In this document: one piece after another, positions 20,906 through 30,751 of the stretch
Position numbering within the stretch: position 1 is the first letter of the stretch
Layout: every line of letters starts with the position of its first letter
Assembly (NCBI GenBank): GCA_963701085.1
Contig: OY969561.1
Coordinates: forward strand, 640,001 to 704,000
Length of the DNA stretch: 64,000 nucleotides
Origin: an uncultured bacterium
GTDB taxonomy: Bacteria; Babelota; Babeliae; Babelales; Vermiphilaceae
Direction of reading: 5' to 3'
Program-made: the position numbers and the translations under genes
Notes under the pieces: model-generated
Databases searched by the model: none
What the model was told of the DNA's origin: nothing
What the model saw: only the letters and a program-made list of their open reading frames with translations

Positions 20906-20979
20906 GCGCTCGCCCTGAACCTGTTGAAGGGTTTCTTGGAGCGCTCAAAGATATCCTTCAACAAGTTCAGGACGAGCGC
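20906..20979. repeat. 'module A' REP-like dimer hairpin (74 bp), intergenic
   Basis: GCGCTCGCCCTGAACCTGTTGAAGG...GAGCGCTC...CCTTCAACAAGTTCAGGACGAGCGC, nearly the reverse complement of 40246-40320. Confidence 0.9.
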
Positions 20980-21029
20980 AAGAAAAAATATAAATCGGGC
21001 AAGGCTAATGTTTTCTGCTATATAGTTAT

Positions 21030-22004
21030 CTAATTCATTATTTGGAAAAACCTGCTCCAACGGACACGTGACCAGAAATTAATAGGATGCTTGATAAGAT
21101 CAACTATCCACCATGATTCATCACTATCAATTGACCAAATACGGAAAATAATTCTGCCATGAATTTCTTTCTCTTTAATAGGGCCAAAGAAACGGCAATC
21201 ATGACTACCTAACCGGTTATCCCCCATACCCCAATATTCATCTGCGCCAAGCTTAACATAGAACAGATCAGACCGAGTCCAATTACTATGCGTTTCATCA
21301 GGCGATGTTTTACCATTTTTTGGCATGAGCGGCGTTCCAGGAATAAGCAACTCAGGATTACGTTGTTCATCACGAATAATACGATTTTCAATAATATCGT
21401 AAAATGGTTGCTTATTATACGGCTTACTTGGATCGTAAGAGCGCCACGTTGTTTCATAGCGTAAGCGCTGTTCTATATAATTATCTACCGCTGCCTGATC
21501 AACTTTATATCCACGAGCCATCTTTTGTATATCTTTTTCTACCTGTGCTCTTAAATCATCAATATCTTGTTTAAGAATATGAATTAATGGAAATGCATTA
21601 ATATACGGCTCATTTAATTTTTCACCATTGCGATACACAACTGGCTTACCATCTTCTATAGCTCCACGAATGACATCACCCGGAACACCAATCACGCGTT
21701 TTGTCCAATTTGATGGCCCCCAAACATAATGCTGAAAAAGATTCATTGCTGGATTGGCTGAATATTTAAATTCAGGATCATTAAATGAAATAATTTCACC
21801 CCACCGTGGTTTTCTAAAATTATAAGAAAATTTATCCGCAAAAAACCGTTCACCAACTAACATAGTTGTTTCCATTGATCCGGTCGGCACCTGGTATAAC
21901 CCAAATCCAAAGGTACGCACAATAAAAACAACTAACAATAAAAATGAAAACTCCGTAATGCTTGAAAGTAAACCTTGCTCTTTTGGTTTGTGTTCTTTAG
22001 CCAT
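21030..22004 (-). CDS. lepB: signal peptidase I
   Basis: VPTGSMETT (catalytic Ser), KRVIGVPGD (catalytic Lys) and MGDNRLGSHDCRFFGPI. Confidence 0.95.
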   Translation of the reverse strand: MAKEHKPKEQGLLSSITEFSFLLLVVFIVRTFGFGLYQVPTGSMETTMLVGERFFADKFSYNFRKPRWGEIISFNDPEFKYSANPAMNLFQHYVWGPSNWTKRVIGVPGDVIRGAIEDGKPVVYRNGEKLNEPYINAFPLIHILKQDIDDLRAQVEKDIQKMARGYKVDQAAVDNYIEQRLRYETTWRSYDPSKPYNKQPFYDIIENRIIRDEQRNPELLIPGTPLMPKNGKTSPDETHSNWTRSDLFYVKLGADEYWGMGDNRLGSHDCRFFGPIKEKEIHGRIIFRIWSIDSDESWWIVDLIKHPINFWSRVRWSRFFQIMN

Positions 22005-22035
22005 AATTATTCCTTTATATAATATTTTTTTCTTC

Positions 22036-22089
22036 CGGTCATCCTGAGTGTCCTACGAAGCCTTGGCGTAGTAGGATGTATCGAAGGAT
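22036..22089. repeat. module A arm with module C inserted (composite REP-like element)
   Basis: CGGTCATCCTGAG-[TGTCCTACGAAGCCTTGGCGTAGTAGGA, 22049-22076]-TGTATCGAAGGAT. Confidence 0.8.
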
Positions 22090-23101
22090 TATGTGGTGTG
22101 GGGTAAACAATGCATTGGGTTCACCCGCTTGCCCCACTCGTATACTTCAAAATGCAAATGCGAGCCATCTTTACCTTTTTTTCTAATAAATCCTGTTTCT
22201 CCCACCGTACCGACAATTGCACCTTGTTTAATTTTTTGTCCCGCACAAACACGTATTGCATGCAAATGAGCATAGCGTGTTTTTATTTTATCAGTATGCT
22301 GAACAACCACTGTATTGCCATACCCTGTCTGAAAGCAAGCTTCAGTCACCGTACCACCTCGCGCTACCTTAACAATGGTACCTTTTACCGCTGCCATATC
22401 AATGCCGTGATGAAATCCCCACGTACCATCAATACGTTTGCGCGGACCAAACAATGAACTCAACCAAAATTTATCTGCATCAATTGGCCACATAAATCCA
22501 TAATCTTTAATAGGACGATGCATTGCCGTAATTTTTGTTTCTTTCTTACCACGCTCCTGCGTAGATTTAACAAAAGAAGAAGCAACTGGTTTACGTACGT
22601 TCTGTTTTTTTTGTTGTGGGATCACAACTGGTTTCTCGGTATAATCAGACCAACGATCAACATCAATTGCCGTCATCAGTGTATTAAGATCCTGCGATTC
22701 TATATAATCTAATGTTGATTGCTTAAGATAATCAGGATGCCTATTAATCACCACAAAAGAATCATCGACATACTCATCATCATCATCAGGATCATCACTT
22801 GCCTCTGCTGCCATTATCTCTTCTACCCCAATTTCTACTCCTCCATCGCCCAATCTACAATGACATTCGTTCCAATTGGGGTGCCCATCAAAATTCTGCG
22901 ATGCGCTCCATCATCACCATTAACTTTCTTATTCAGCAGATCAACATACAAAGCATACTGCTGCTTAAGCGCCAGCATTTCTTGTGCTTGAGTACAAAAA
23001 AATCGGTATTCAGCAAAAAGAAGTACCATGAGAATCATCATGATACTTACACAAAAACCAAACAGTACTGAATACACAACAGGAAAACGTTTACTCACCA
23101 T
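22089..23101 (-). CDS. membrane-anchored M23 metallopeptidase, split by a 1-nt deletion near 22852
   Basis: HHGID, YAHL and HLHFEV motifs in 22089..22853; TM anchor in 22835..23101. One added base joins the two frames. Confidence 0.85.
22825..22886 (-). repeat. degenerate module B with module C inserted, inside the M23 gene
   Basis: Minus strand GGGCACCCCAATTGGAACGAA-[TGTCATTGTAGATTGGGCGATGGAGGA]-GTAGAAATTGGGGT, versus the uninterrupted GGGGACCCCGATTGGAACGAA-GTGGAAATTGGGG at 30501-30534. Confidence 0.75.
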
Positions 23102-23127
23102 ATGCTGCTATACGTTATGAGTTATAA

Positions 23128-23874
23128 TTATATAATTTGAACAACATCTGCTTCAACCCAGCCAATCATACCAGCATATCGAACTTTATACCACCCTTCT
23201 CTTGCTTCTTTTACTGCTACACCATGAGCATAAACAAGCGGACAAAGCGGACAAAGCCCCTTATCTGGACCAACAAAAAGCTGTGCTTCTTTTTTTACTA
23301 TAAGCCCATTCTGAGAGCCCTGCTTGCTGTAATGCACCATTATCACAGAACCAAAAATTGCCATAAAAAGAGATAAGCAACCCACCGTGGTTTTTTGTAT
23401 TTTTGTCTGCTGTTTTTTACGTACTAAAAAAATAAACATGTACCAACACAACAGAAAAAAAAGCTGTAAAAAAAAGAGCGTTGCATAGGGCAAAGCATTG
23501 TGTATAAAGGTTACTATTGCATACTTAAAAGAGTTATTATCCTGCTTGCCAACTATATCAGCAACACGCTTTTTGTTATGGGAAATTACTTTGTACTCCT
23601 GCGGCGTTGCACCAACTTCAGCACGCGACCAATACACAAGCGCTTGAGCATAATCACCTTTATGAAATGCGCAATTACCCATATTATATACAACAGCACG
23701 TCCTTTTTTACTCATCGCATCATATGAACGGAATGCACCATCATAATCTTTTTGTTCATACTGCTTGTTGCCACGCAAAAAAAGTTCTTCATCACTGCCG
23801 GCAAAATTTGACGCCGCAGTCAATGCACACATAAAAAACAGTACTATATACTTTTTTCTAAACGATCCAACCAT
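23128..23874 (-). CDS. batE: BatE-like TPR plus SH3 protein
   Basis: GN..YE..DY..A...Y, YNMGN, TM segments and C-terminal GWYKVR...IGWV; last gene of the bat cluster. Confidence 0.8.
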   Translation of the reverse strand: MVGSFRKKYIVLFFMCALTAASNFAGSDEELFLRGNKQYEQKDYDGAFRSYDAMSKKGRAVVYNMGNCAFHKGDYAQALVYWSRAEVGATPQEYKVISHNKKRVADIVGKQDNNSFKYAIVTFIHNALPYATLFFLQLFFLLCWYMFIFLVRKKQQTKIQKTTVGCLSLFMAIFGSVIMVHYSKQGSQNGLIVKKEAQLFVGPDKGLCPLCPLVYAHGVAVKEAREGWYKVRYAGMIGWVEADVVQII

Positions 23875-25535
23875 TGCTTTGCCATCCTACATAATTCATC
23901 ACTATTTTTATTATCTGACTGCGCATAGGCAGCATGTGTAATCTGCTCAAAAAAATCATGCCATTCAGTTGACATTTCTTGCGACACTTTACCTAAATTC
24001 TGAAATAGCTGCATAAAAATCGCGTATAAATTTTTATCATTACCAGATTTTATAGCAAGCTCTATTTGTTTGCGCGCCTGTTTAAAGGCACGTCGACGTG
24101 TAAATCGCGAACTGCTTGCCAACCTCATAAACTTATCTGATACCAATGGATATCCCACATAAAGGCACGGCATTAAAAACAGAAATTGGAATAACCACCA
24201 TGGCAATGCCTGACGTTCTGGAAGTGGGTACCACTGCCCAACCGTGTTAATATCAGCAATTTTTTCTTCTGCTGCAACAGTTGTTGATGTGGGTTCAACA
24301 AATTCAAGAGGGGCAACTATATTTTTTTTTGCGCTCATAACCCCTGGCATAATTGATACTGCAAGCGGTGATGTACGCAATGTTACATACGCATTTTTTT
24401 CCGTATCAAAATAAGTAAACAGTTGCTCTGGAATTTCGCAATGACCGGATTCCATTCCCTGCACAATAAATTCGAATCTTTTTTTTGGAAATTCATCGCT
24501 ATGTTTTGGCTGAATTATTACGTTATTCGAATCATAATATTTTAAAGATTTAGGCATATTCAATGTTGGAACTGCTATAGCCTGCAAATTACCAACACCT
24601 TCAACTTCAATAACCATTACCATTCCTTCCCCTTCCTTTGCCATGCCAGGCTTTATTTCAGCAGAAAAACGCTCAAAAACACCAACAGCATGAACCGGAC
24701 GATCATAATGAGGAATCGGGGCCACTTTAATAGTCACCGCATTTGAGTACACACGTTTACGTTCACCGCGACTATTTAATAACGCAAAAAAACCACCAAA
24801 AAGGTGATTGTCTTTTGTAGGAATCTCATAATCAGCACTATGAGCAGGAATAAGAAACTCCCCTGGCTTTGTTGGATACATATCCCATCGCCATTGAGCA
24901 TAATAATATTCTGAACCATCAATTTCCGCAGTGCCTTTTTCTAATTCGCTCATCTCTTTTTTATCAAAGGCTGCTAATTCTGGCATGCTTATAGTAAGTG
25001 CTGTTGCTGATGGATCTTGATAATAAAAACGGATCATACAGCCTATTTTTTGCCCAACAACAACAGATTCAGAGTCAACCATTACCCGTAAAAATGCTTT
25101 TGCTTCTGTTGCCTGACTCTGCTTATTACCATGCGTTGCAACAACAATATCCTTCACAACATCAATCCGAACTTCATTAGAAATCATTTCTTGCTGCTGA
25201 TGATGCACTACTGCTGGACCAATAACATATGATCCAATCACATCAATACGCACCTGATATGAAAAGCGGGCCGTCGCTCTTCCATTAACACTGCTCATAT
25301 ATGAACCAGATTGTCGCGCAGCAAACCTATCTAACCCTTTAATTGTTGGCATTTGCACTGATCCATACACATCATCAATACTAACTTCAAGCGTAAATGG
25401 TTGCCCTACAACAACCTGGTTGCTGGTACCATTTTCAGTTGCTATTTTCATTGAAATACGAGCATCTAAACAAATAACTGCAAAACTTAAAAAGATTATA
25501 AAAATTTTACCAACAATTTTGCCCATTTTTTCCAC
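23844..25535 (-). CDS. batD: BatD-family protein
   Basis: Signal peptide, repeated beta-sandwich segments (VGQPF.L, G...IGPA.V, GE...P, AVG.F, EG.GNL) and a C-terminal TM segment. Confidence 0.85.
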   Translation of the reverse strand: MEKMGKIVGKIFIIFLSFAVICLDARISMKIATENGTSNQVVVGQPFTLEVSIDDVYGSVQMPTIKGLDRFAARQSGSYMSSVNGRATARFSYQVRIDVIGSYVIGPAVVHHQQQEMISNEVRIDVVKDIVVATHGNKQSQATEAKAFLRVMVDSESVVVGQKIGCMIRFYYQDPSATALTISMPELAAFDKKEMSELEKGTAEIDGSEYYYAQWRWDMYPTKPGEFLIPAHSADYEIPTKDNHLFGGFFALLNSRGERKRVYSNAVTIKVAPIPHYDRPVHAVGVFERFSAEIKPGMAKEGEGMVMVIEVEGVGNLQAIAVPTLNMPKSLKYYDSNNVIIQPKHSDEFPKKRFEFIVQGMESGHCEIPEQLFTYFDTEKNAYVTLRTSPLAVSIMPGVMSAKKNIVAPLEFVEPTSTTVAAEEKIADINTVGQWYPLPERQALPWWLFQFLFLMPCLYVGYPLVSDKFMRLASSSRFTRRRAFKQARKQIELAIKSGNDKNLYAIFMQLFQNLGKVSQEMSTEWHDFFEQITHAAYAQSDNKNSDELCRMAKQWLDRLEKSI

Positions 25536-26529
25536 CTTGTTGATGCTGACGAACTTTTGCTTCCATTAACTGTTTATTAATTGCCTTGTCTTTCTGTTCC
25601 TGATTATTCAAAACCTGCAACAACCATGGATCATTAAGAGCAATTTCACTTTTCTTATCATCACCATCTGCTTGCCCATCTTGACCAGCTGCAGATGATG
25701 CATTACTCTTATTATCAGTTATATTCTGTTTCTCAGGAGTTTTATTGTGTTCATTACCTTGTTGATTTTTGGGCTTGCTTTGCTGATCCTTCGCTTTTTT
25801 ATCAAGCTCTTGATTACCATTCCGCTTCTTATTATCCTCGGAATTTTTTTGCTGCTGCTCTTTATTCCCATGCTCTTTTCTTTGTGCATCTTTATTACCC
25901 TGCTCAGCACTATCTCCCTGCTCACCTTGGGACTTCTTATCTGAGCCCTCATTCTGTTTATCTTTTTGATCGCCTGATTGCTCATCTTTTTGATCACCAT
26001 TCTGATTTTGCTGTTGTTGATCATCACCATTCTGCTTGTCTTTGTCTTGTTTATCATCTTTCTTTTGATCATCTTTCTGATCGTTTTCTTTTTGCTGTTG
26101 TTGTTCTTGCTCTAACATCTGTGCAACACGATCACGATTATGACGCGCATGCTCATTATCCGGTTCTAGAGCAAGTGCCTTATCATACTGCTCAAGAGCG
26201 CATGGTAAATTCTTATCATCAACACATGCGTTGCCCGCATTAAAATGTGCACGGAACTGTAAATTTTTATCATGATGTGCCAATTCCGCTGCACGAACAA
26301 AATAAGCAGCTGCCTGACTAAAACTACCAAGAGTATATGCCGCAACTCCTGCATCATACACAACATCAGCATTATCCGGCTTATTGGTCACAATGCTGTT
26401 GAGCTTTGCATGCGCATCTTGCCAATTACCTTTTTGTGCTGCATATATGGCAGAATCATAAGAGAATGAGTAGAGTGAGCTTGATACGCTCATCACAAAA
26501 AAACAAAAAAAATAATGTGTTAATCTCAT
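25507..26529 (-). CDS. batC: BatC-like TPR protein with a Q/D/K/N-rich linker
   Basis: TPRs (AHFNAGNA...ALEQYDKALALEPDN..AR.N), low-complexity linker and terminal Trp. Confidence 0.82.
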   Translation of the reverse strand: MRLTHYFFCFFVMSVSSSLYSFSYDSAIYAAQKGNWQDAHAKLNSIVTNKPDNADVVYDAGVAAYTLGSFSQAAAYFVRAAELAHHDKNLQFRAHFNAGNACVDDKNLPCALEQYDKALALEPDNEHARHNRDRVAQMLEQEQQQQKENDQKDDQKKDDKQDKDKQNGDDQQQQNQNGDQKDEQSGDQKDKQNEGSDKKSQGEQGDSAEQGNKDAQRKEHGNKEQQQKNSEDNKKRNGNQELDKKAKDQQSKPKNQQGNEHNKTPEKQNITDNKSNASSAAGQDGQADGDDKKSEIALNDPWLLQVLNNQEQKDKAINKQLMEAKVRQHQQGGKNGQNCW

Positions 26530-27527
26530 AATAACCACTCAAGGGCAAAACAGATAAAACTTACCAATAAAAAATAATGATATTGATCTTCATACCGAGC
26601 ATGTTTACGCTCAGCAAGGAACTCTTTATCAAATGCGTTTACCAAGCGCATAAACAATCCAATATCCTCATCATTATACGTTGCACGAATGTAACTACCA
26701 CCGGCATCTTGCGAAAGTGTGCGCAAGATTCCCTCATTTAATCGTGAAATAACAACGCCACCTTGCGTATCTTTTTGATGCCCAATAAGTTTACCATGAG
26801 GATCAAACAAAGGAACTGGTGCTCCTTCTGGCGTACCAATACCAATGGTAAAAATAGAAAGACCTGCATCAGTAGCCTCTTGTTTACTATCATGCAAGTT
26901 ATGCGAAAAATCTTCACCATCGGTGAATAACACAAGCAATTTGCTTTTACGATCTGGTAGTGCTGCAAACGATGTTAACGCCTGTTGAACAGCTTGAGCA
27001 AGTGCAGTGGTTCCCGAAGAAATAAGCTCAGCATCAACAGCGTCAAGATACAAATAAAACGCCGAATAATCAGATGTTAAAGGACATTGCACAAACGCAG
27101 AACCAGAAAAAAGAATGAGTCCAATGCGCTCACAAGAAAGTTTTTTTACTAATTTTTTAATTTTTTCTTTTGCAAATGTTAAGCGATTAGGCTCACAATC
27201 AGTTGCTAGCATACTGCGAGAAATATCAAGCGCAATATATAAATCACGCCCTTCCTGCATAATAGTTTCTTCTGATTTATCCCACTGCGGTCTCAATAAT
27301 GAGATGCATAAAAACAAACATCCAATAACCATCAAAAAAGATTTTAATACCTGCTTTGTTGGTGAAACATTACGCAAAAACTCACGATGACTGCCAACCA
27401 ATGCACTCTGTGCCGCACGCTGCTTTTTATAGCGCACCATTAAAAGCAATAACACAATCCCCACAAAAAACATGTACCATATATTGCCTGGTGAGCCCCA
27501 GTGGATACCGCTTATATTTGTTATCAT
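26526..27527 (-). CDS. batB: BatB-like vWA domain protein
   Basis: LDISRSM (MIDAS), PNRL, CPLTSDY and FTDGED. Confidence 0.88.
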   Translation of the reverse strand: MITNISGIHWGSPGNIWYMFFVGIVLLLLMVRYKKQRAAQSALVGSHREFLRNVSPTKQVLKSFLMVIGCLFLCISLLRPQWDKSEETIMQEGRDLYIALDISRSMLATDCEPNRLTFAKEKIKKLVKKLSCERIGLILFSGSAFVQCPLTSDYSAFYLYLDAVDAELISSGTTALAQAVQQALTSFAALPDRKSKLLVLFTDGEDFSHNLHDSKQEATDAGLSIFTIGIGTPEGAPVPLFDPHGKLIGHQKDTQGGVVISRLNEGILRTLSQDAGGSYIRATYNDEDIGLFMRLVNAFDKEFLAERKHARYEDQYHYFLLVSFICFALEWLL

Positions 27528-28519
27528 AATGAAAACCATACGTATGTTGAAAGTAATAATTCAGACAAAACAACCGCCATAATCATGCCGACAATAGGAA
27601 TGAGTAGATCATAATAAAGACTAAACATCGGAACTTCATGATCTGTTTTTTCTAATGCATCGATGGTGTCATAAATACGCCGCATATCTGCTGCACTGCG
27701 TGCAAGAAAATAGTGACCACCTGTTTGATTTGCAATTTGCGTCAACAGCTCTTTATTAACTTTTGGCCGTATCATCATGCCATATAATGGATGTCTAAAA
27801 ATCTGTTCTTGCTCACTACCAATGCCAACAGTATATATTTTAATACCTAATTTTTTAGCTACATCAATTCCAACCGATGGATCCATATCCCCTTCACTTG
27901 GTTCACCATCAGTCAACACAATCATCACCTTGGTTTTTGCTTGAGAATGCTTAAGACGATTTGCAGCTGTGACAATACCAGTGACAAGCATAGTTCCATC
28001 AGAGTCTATAACACCAAGCTGTAACTCTTCAACCACTTTTTGGAGCAACTCTTTATCAAATGTAATAGGACAGCGCGATACGGTATCCTTACCAAACAAA
28101 ACAAGACCAAGAGCATCATTAGTACGTTTTTCAATAAAATGTATTGCTTCTGCCTTGGCAACTTCAAACCGTGAGCGGTCATCATCATCATAATCTCTAA
28201 ATTGCATACTGCCAGACACATCAAGCACTACAACAATATCAATACCTTGGACAGGAATCTGAGAACGCGAATCAACAATTTGAGGCTTTGCAATGATAAT
28301 CGCAAGAAGAATGAGCGTCAGTAAACGCAAAAAATAAAAAACTTTTTTATGAATATGAGAAAAGTTAGAACTGTTTTTCTTAAGCGCAAGCCCTAAAGAA
28401 TAACGATACACAACCGTTTTGCGCAAGAATTTACGTGCAAACATAATGACAATAATCACTGCAATTAAAACAACACTATACAATGGATATGTGCAACGCA
28501 TAAAAAAATGATTGATCAC
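27524..28519 (-). CDS. batA: BatA-like vWA domain protein
   Basis: GIDIVVVLDVSGSM, LTDGE, KIYTVGIG, L..IA..TGG.YF.A and IY..ID.LEK. Confidence 0.9.
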   Translation of the reverse strand: MINHFFMRCTYPLYSVVLIAVIIVIMFARKFLRKTVVYRYSLGLALKKNSSNFSHIHKKVFYFLRLLTLILLAIIIAKPQIVDSRSQIPVQGIDIVVVLDVSGSMQFRDYDDDDRSRFEVAKAEAIHFIEKRTNDALGLVLFGKDTVSRCPITFDKELLQKVVEELQLGVIDSDGTMLVTGIVTAANRLKHSQAKTKVMIVLTDGEPSEGDMDPSVGIDVAKKLGIKIYTVGIGSEQEQIFRHPLYGMMIRPKVNKELLTQIANQTGGHYFLARSAADMRRIYDTIDALEKTDHEVPMFSLYYDLLIPIVGMIMAVVLSELLLSTYVWFSL

Positions 28520-29247
28520 TTATTCTGCTCCATCTGTTCAACAAACCATTGTTGCACTCGAATTTTAAATGATTCATCCGTATCATGTTGTTCATACATA
28601 AATGGCTTACCCACAATAACGGTGATTGGATACAACTGCACCCAAAACGTTTCTGGCGGATATGCCTTATCAATACCAATAATACAAACAGGCACCACTG
28701 GACGTCCTGTTTTTTTTGCAATTACCGCAAATCCACCAAAGAAATCATGAATTTTACCATCCGTATACCGTGCACCTTCTGGAAATATCACAAGATTGCG
28801 ATGATGATTATTAACAATATTTAATATTTTGCGCAACGATAACATTGATTCTCGCGGGGAAGAAACATCAACCAGAACAGATATAAGTGGCACAATCCAT
28901 CTGATAAAAAAAGAATCCATTAATTCCGATTTTGCCAGCCAGACATGAGGAACTCCTTTTGAAAGCACCCCAATAAGAGGAATATCCAAAGTTGATTGAT
29001 GATTGGCTGCAAAAATTACCGCCTTATCCTTGGGAATGTTTTCCATCCCTTTATAGGTAATGGGCAACATTGATCCTTTTAATATTGCAACATAAAACCA
29101 ATGAATAGGATAAAAAAGTATTGGATACCTATAACGATAACGCTCCGGGATACAAATGAAAATAATAATTGGAATAAGAAAAATAATCGTAACCACTATT
29201 AACAAAAATCGTGAGAAAAGATTGCGTACTACCATTCCAATATTCAT
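28516..29247 (-). CDS. plsC: 1-acyl-sn-glycerol-3-phosphate acyltransferase
   Basis: NHQSTLD (HxxxxD), LAKSEL, IFPEGAR and PVVPV. Confidence 0.9.
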   Translation of the reverse strand: MNIGMVVRNLFSRFLLIVVTIIFLIPIIIFICIPERYRYRYPILFYPIHWFYVAILKGSMLPITYKGMENIPKDKAVIFAANHQSTLDIPLIGVLSKGVPHVWLAKSELMDSFFIRWIVPLISVLVDVSSPRESMLSLRKILNIVNNHHRNLVIFPEGARYTDGKIHDFFGGFAVIAKKTGRPVVPVCIIGIDKAYPPETFWVQLYPITVIVGKPFMYEQHDTDESFKIRVQQWFVEQMEQNK

Positions 29248-29256
29248 AAAAATCCC

Positions 29257-29928
29257 TTATTGCGACTGTTTAAAATAAAGATCAAACTGATCATGAAGTT
29301 TTTTAATATAAATATTGGCATACGTACATACACCAATCGGTATCAAAAATGCTCCTATTATAGCTTGCGTTAATGGTGTAATAACAAACATATAATTAAC
29401 AATAAATACAAGAACGCTACAACAAAAATTCATAACAAATATGAGAGGAAAATTATAGAGCATCATTTTCAACCCATTCCACATAGAAAGAAGAAAATTT
29501 TTAAATCCTCCTTCTGAATCGGCAAAGAAGAGAATGAAAAACACATACCATGGCGAATATGAAGATACCAAAAAGAGCGGCACCAACAACAACATCAAAA
29601 GAAGCCAATATAAAATGATTTTTTTAAATTGGGTACGAAAATAAGTACAATCTTTTTGCAAAATAGAAGGACGAGTAATAAAACAAGTTCCTAAAAATAA
29701 TATTCCATATAAAAAATAAACAATGCATAACAATACAATGTATTGAATTGAACCGTTAGGCATAATAAACAAACATAACAGTGGCAGCGCTAACAACAAC
29801 CACCAAAAATACTTAAAATATAATGTGTATGCTTCTAGAATTGATTTGATTGTTACCATCACAAAAAGCTGTAAATTCTTTGGCTTGAGTAATGTCAATG
29901 AATCTACCCATGATTGAACTAATGTCAT
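29257..29928 (-). CDS. hypothetical polytopic membrane protein
   Basis: Five to six hydrophobic segments; same orientation as plsC and the bat genes, with a 9-bp gap. Confidence 0.75.
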   Translation of the reverse strand: MTLVQSWVDSLTLLKPKNLQLFVMVTIKSILEAYTLYFKYFWWLLLALPLLCLFIMPNGSIQYIVLLCIVYFLYGILFLGTCFITRPSILQKDCTYFRTQFKKIILYWLLLMLLLVPLFLVSSYSPWYVFFILFFADSEGGFKNFLLSMWNGLKMMLYNFPLIFVMNFCCSVLVFIVNYMFVITPLTQAIIGAFLIPIGVCTYANIYIKKLHDQFDLYFKQSQ

Positions 29929-30011
29929 AATTCACCCTTAATTTATTTTTTTATGTATCTACCGTATAAAAAATTAACTCTTTCGACAAGTTTGGAAAGT
30001 AAATTAAAGAT

Positions 30012-30383
30012 TTAAAATAACGGCTCAGCTTCTATATTATGCTCAAGCGCATATAAACAATGCTCAATATCTTCCGGCATAATATCGCCTTCTTCTTCCA
30101 GCTCTTCTAATATCTGAATAACACCGGCAACACAATCAGCATCTTCATCCTTGCAGGTATATAAATCTGAAAACCATACAAAGTGAACCCAATCAAAAAG
30201 ATCCACCTGCGATATAATTTCTTGTTTAAAGCGCTTGAGAAGATGAATCAGATGCTTGCGTTCAATAATAACAGGATTTTCAAGCAATTCAGTTTCATCA
30301 TCGTAGCGCAACTGCGGCATATCGTCTTTATTCATTTTCAAGTCTCTGACTTTTTCTAACATTTCACGATAATTAATAGACAT
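30012..30383 (-). CDS. hypothetical acidic protein
   Basis: 123-aa ORF with an AAGGA RBS; no recognised motif. Confidence 0.7.
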   Translation of the reverse strand: MSINYREMLEKVRDLKMNKDDMPQLRYDDETELLENPVIIERKHLIHLLKRFKQEIISQVDLFDWVHFVWFSDLYTCKDEDADCVAGVIQILEELEEEGDIMPEDIEHCLYALEHNIEAEPLF

Positions 30384-30465
30384 TGTCCTTTACCCCCATT
30401 AACTTAAAGATACTTCTTAGTATCTATTTTACACAAAGTCCAATTATTAACAATGCATGCCCTAC

Positions 30466-30630
30466 GCGCTCGTTTAACCCCATCTTCAGTTCCTTTCGAC
30501 GGGGACCCCGATTGGAACGAAGTGGAAATTGGGGAATAAAGGATATCCCCGAGCGCTGGAAAGAACCTCAGAAATGAAAATTCTTTCTTATACGGGGTCC
30601 CCGGATTGGAGCTTTAGCGAAATCTGGGGT
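30466..30630. repeat. composite REP-like locus: module A arms enclosing a back-to-back module B pair (30466-30557), plus a further module B copy (30593-30630)
   Basis: GCGCTCGT-[TTAACCCCATC...GGGGACCCCGATTGGAACGAAGTGGAAATTGGGGAATA]-AAGGATATCCCCGAGCGCT, versus module A GCGCTCGT-CCTGAGCCTGTCG-AAGGATATCCTCGAGCGCT at 40246. Confidence 0.8.
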
Positions 30631-30751
30631 ATAATTATTTGACTTTTTGAAAATACATCTTCTATTATAGATAGAGAGAGGCAAAAAAAATAGAACTACG
30701 AGGTACTATGATACAACATAATAATTATTGGCTAACCCTAAAAAGATACTC

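Noticed and set aside
20757-20948. 63-aa ORF starting MSAPRNPSTGSGRA
   Set aside because: It begins inside module A and is antisense to a more plausible gene.
25695-26243. His-rich and hydrophobic ORFs overlapping batC
   Set aside because: They are by-products of the low-complexity Q/D/K linker.
30383-30577. 64-aa ORF upstream of topA
   Set aside because: It is largely a translation of the composite repeat and has no independent support.
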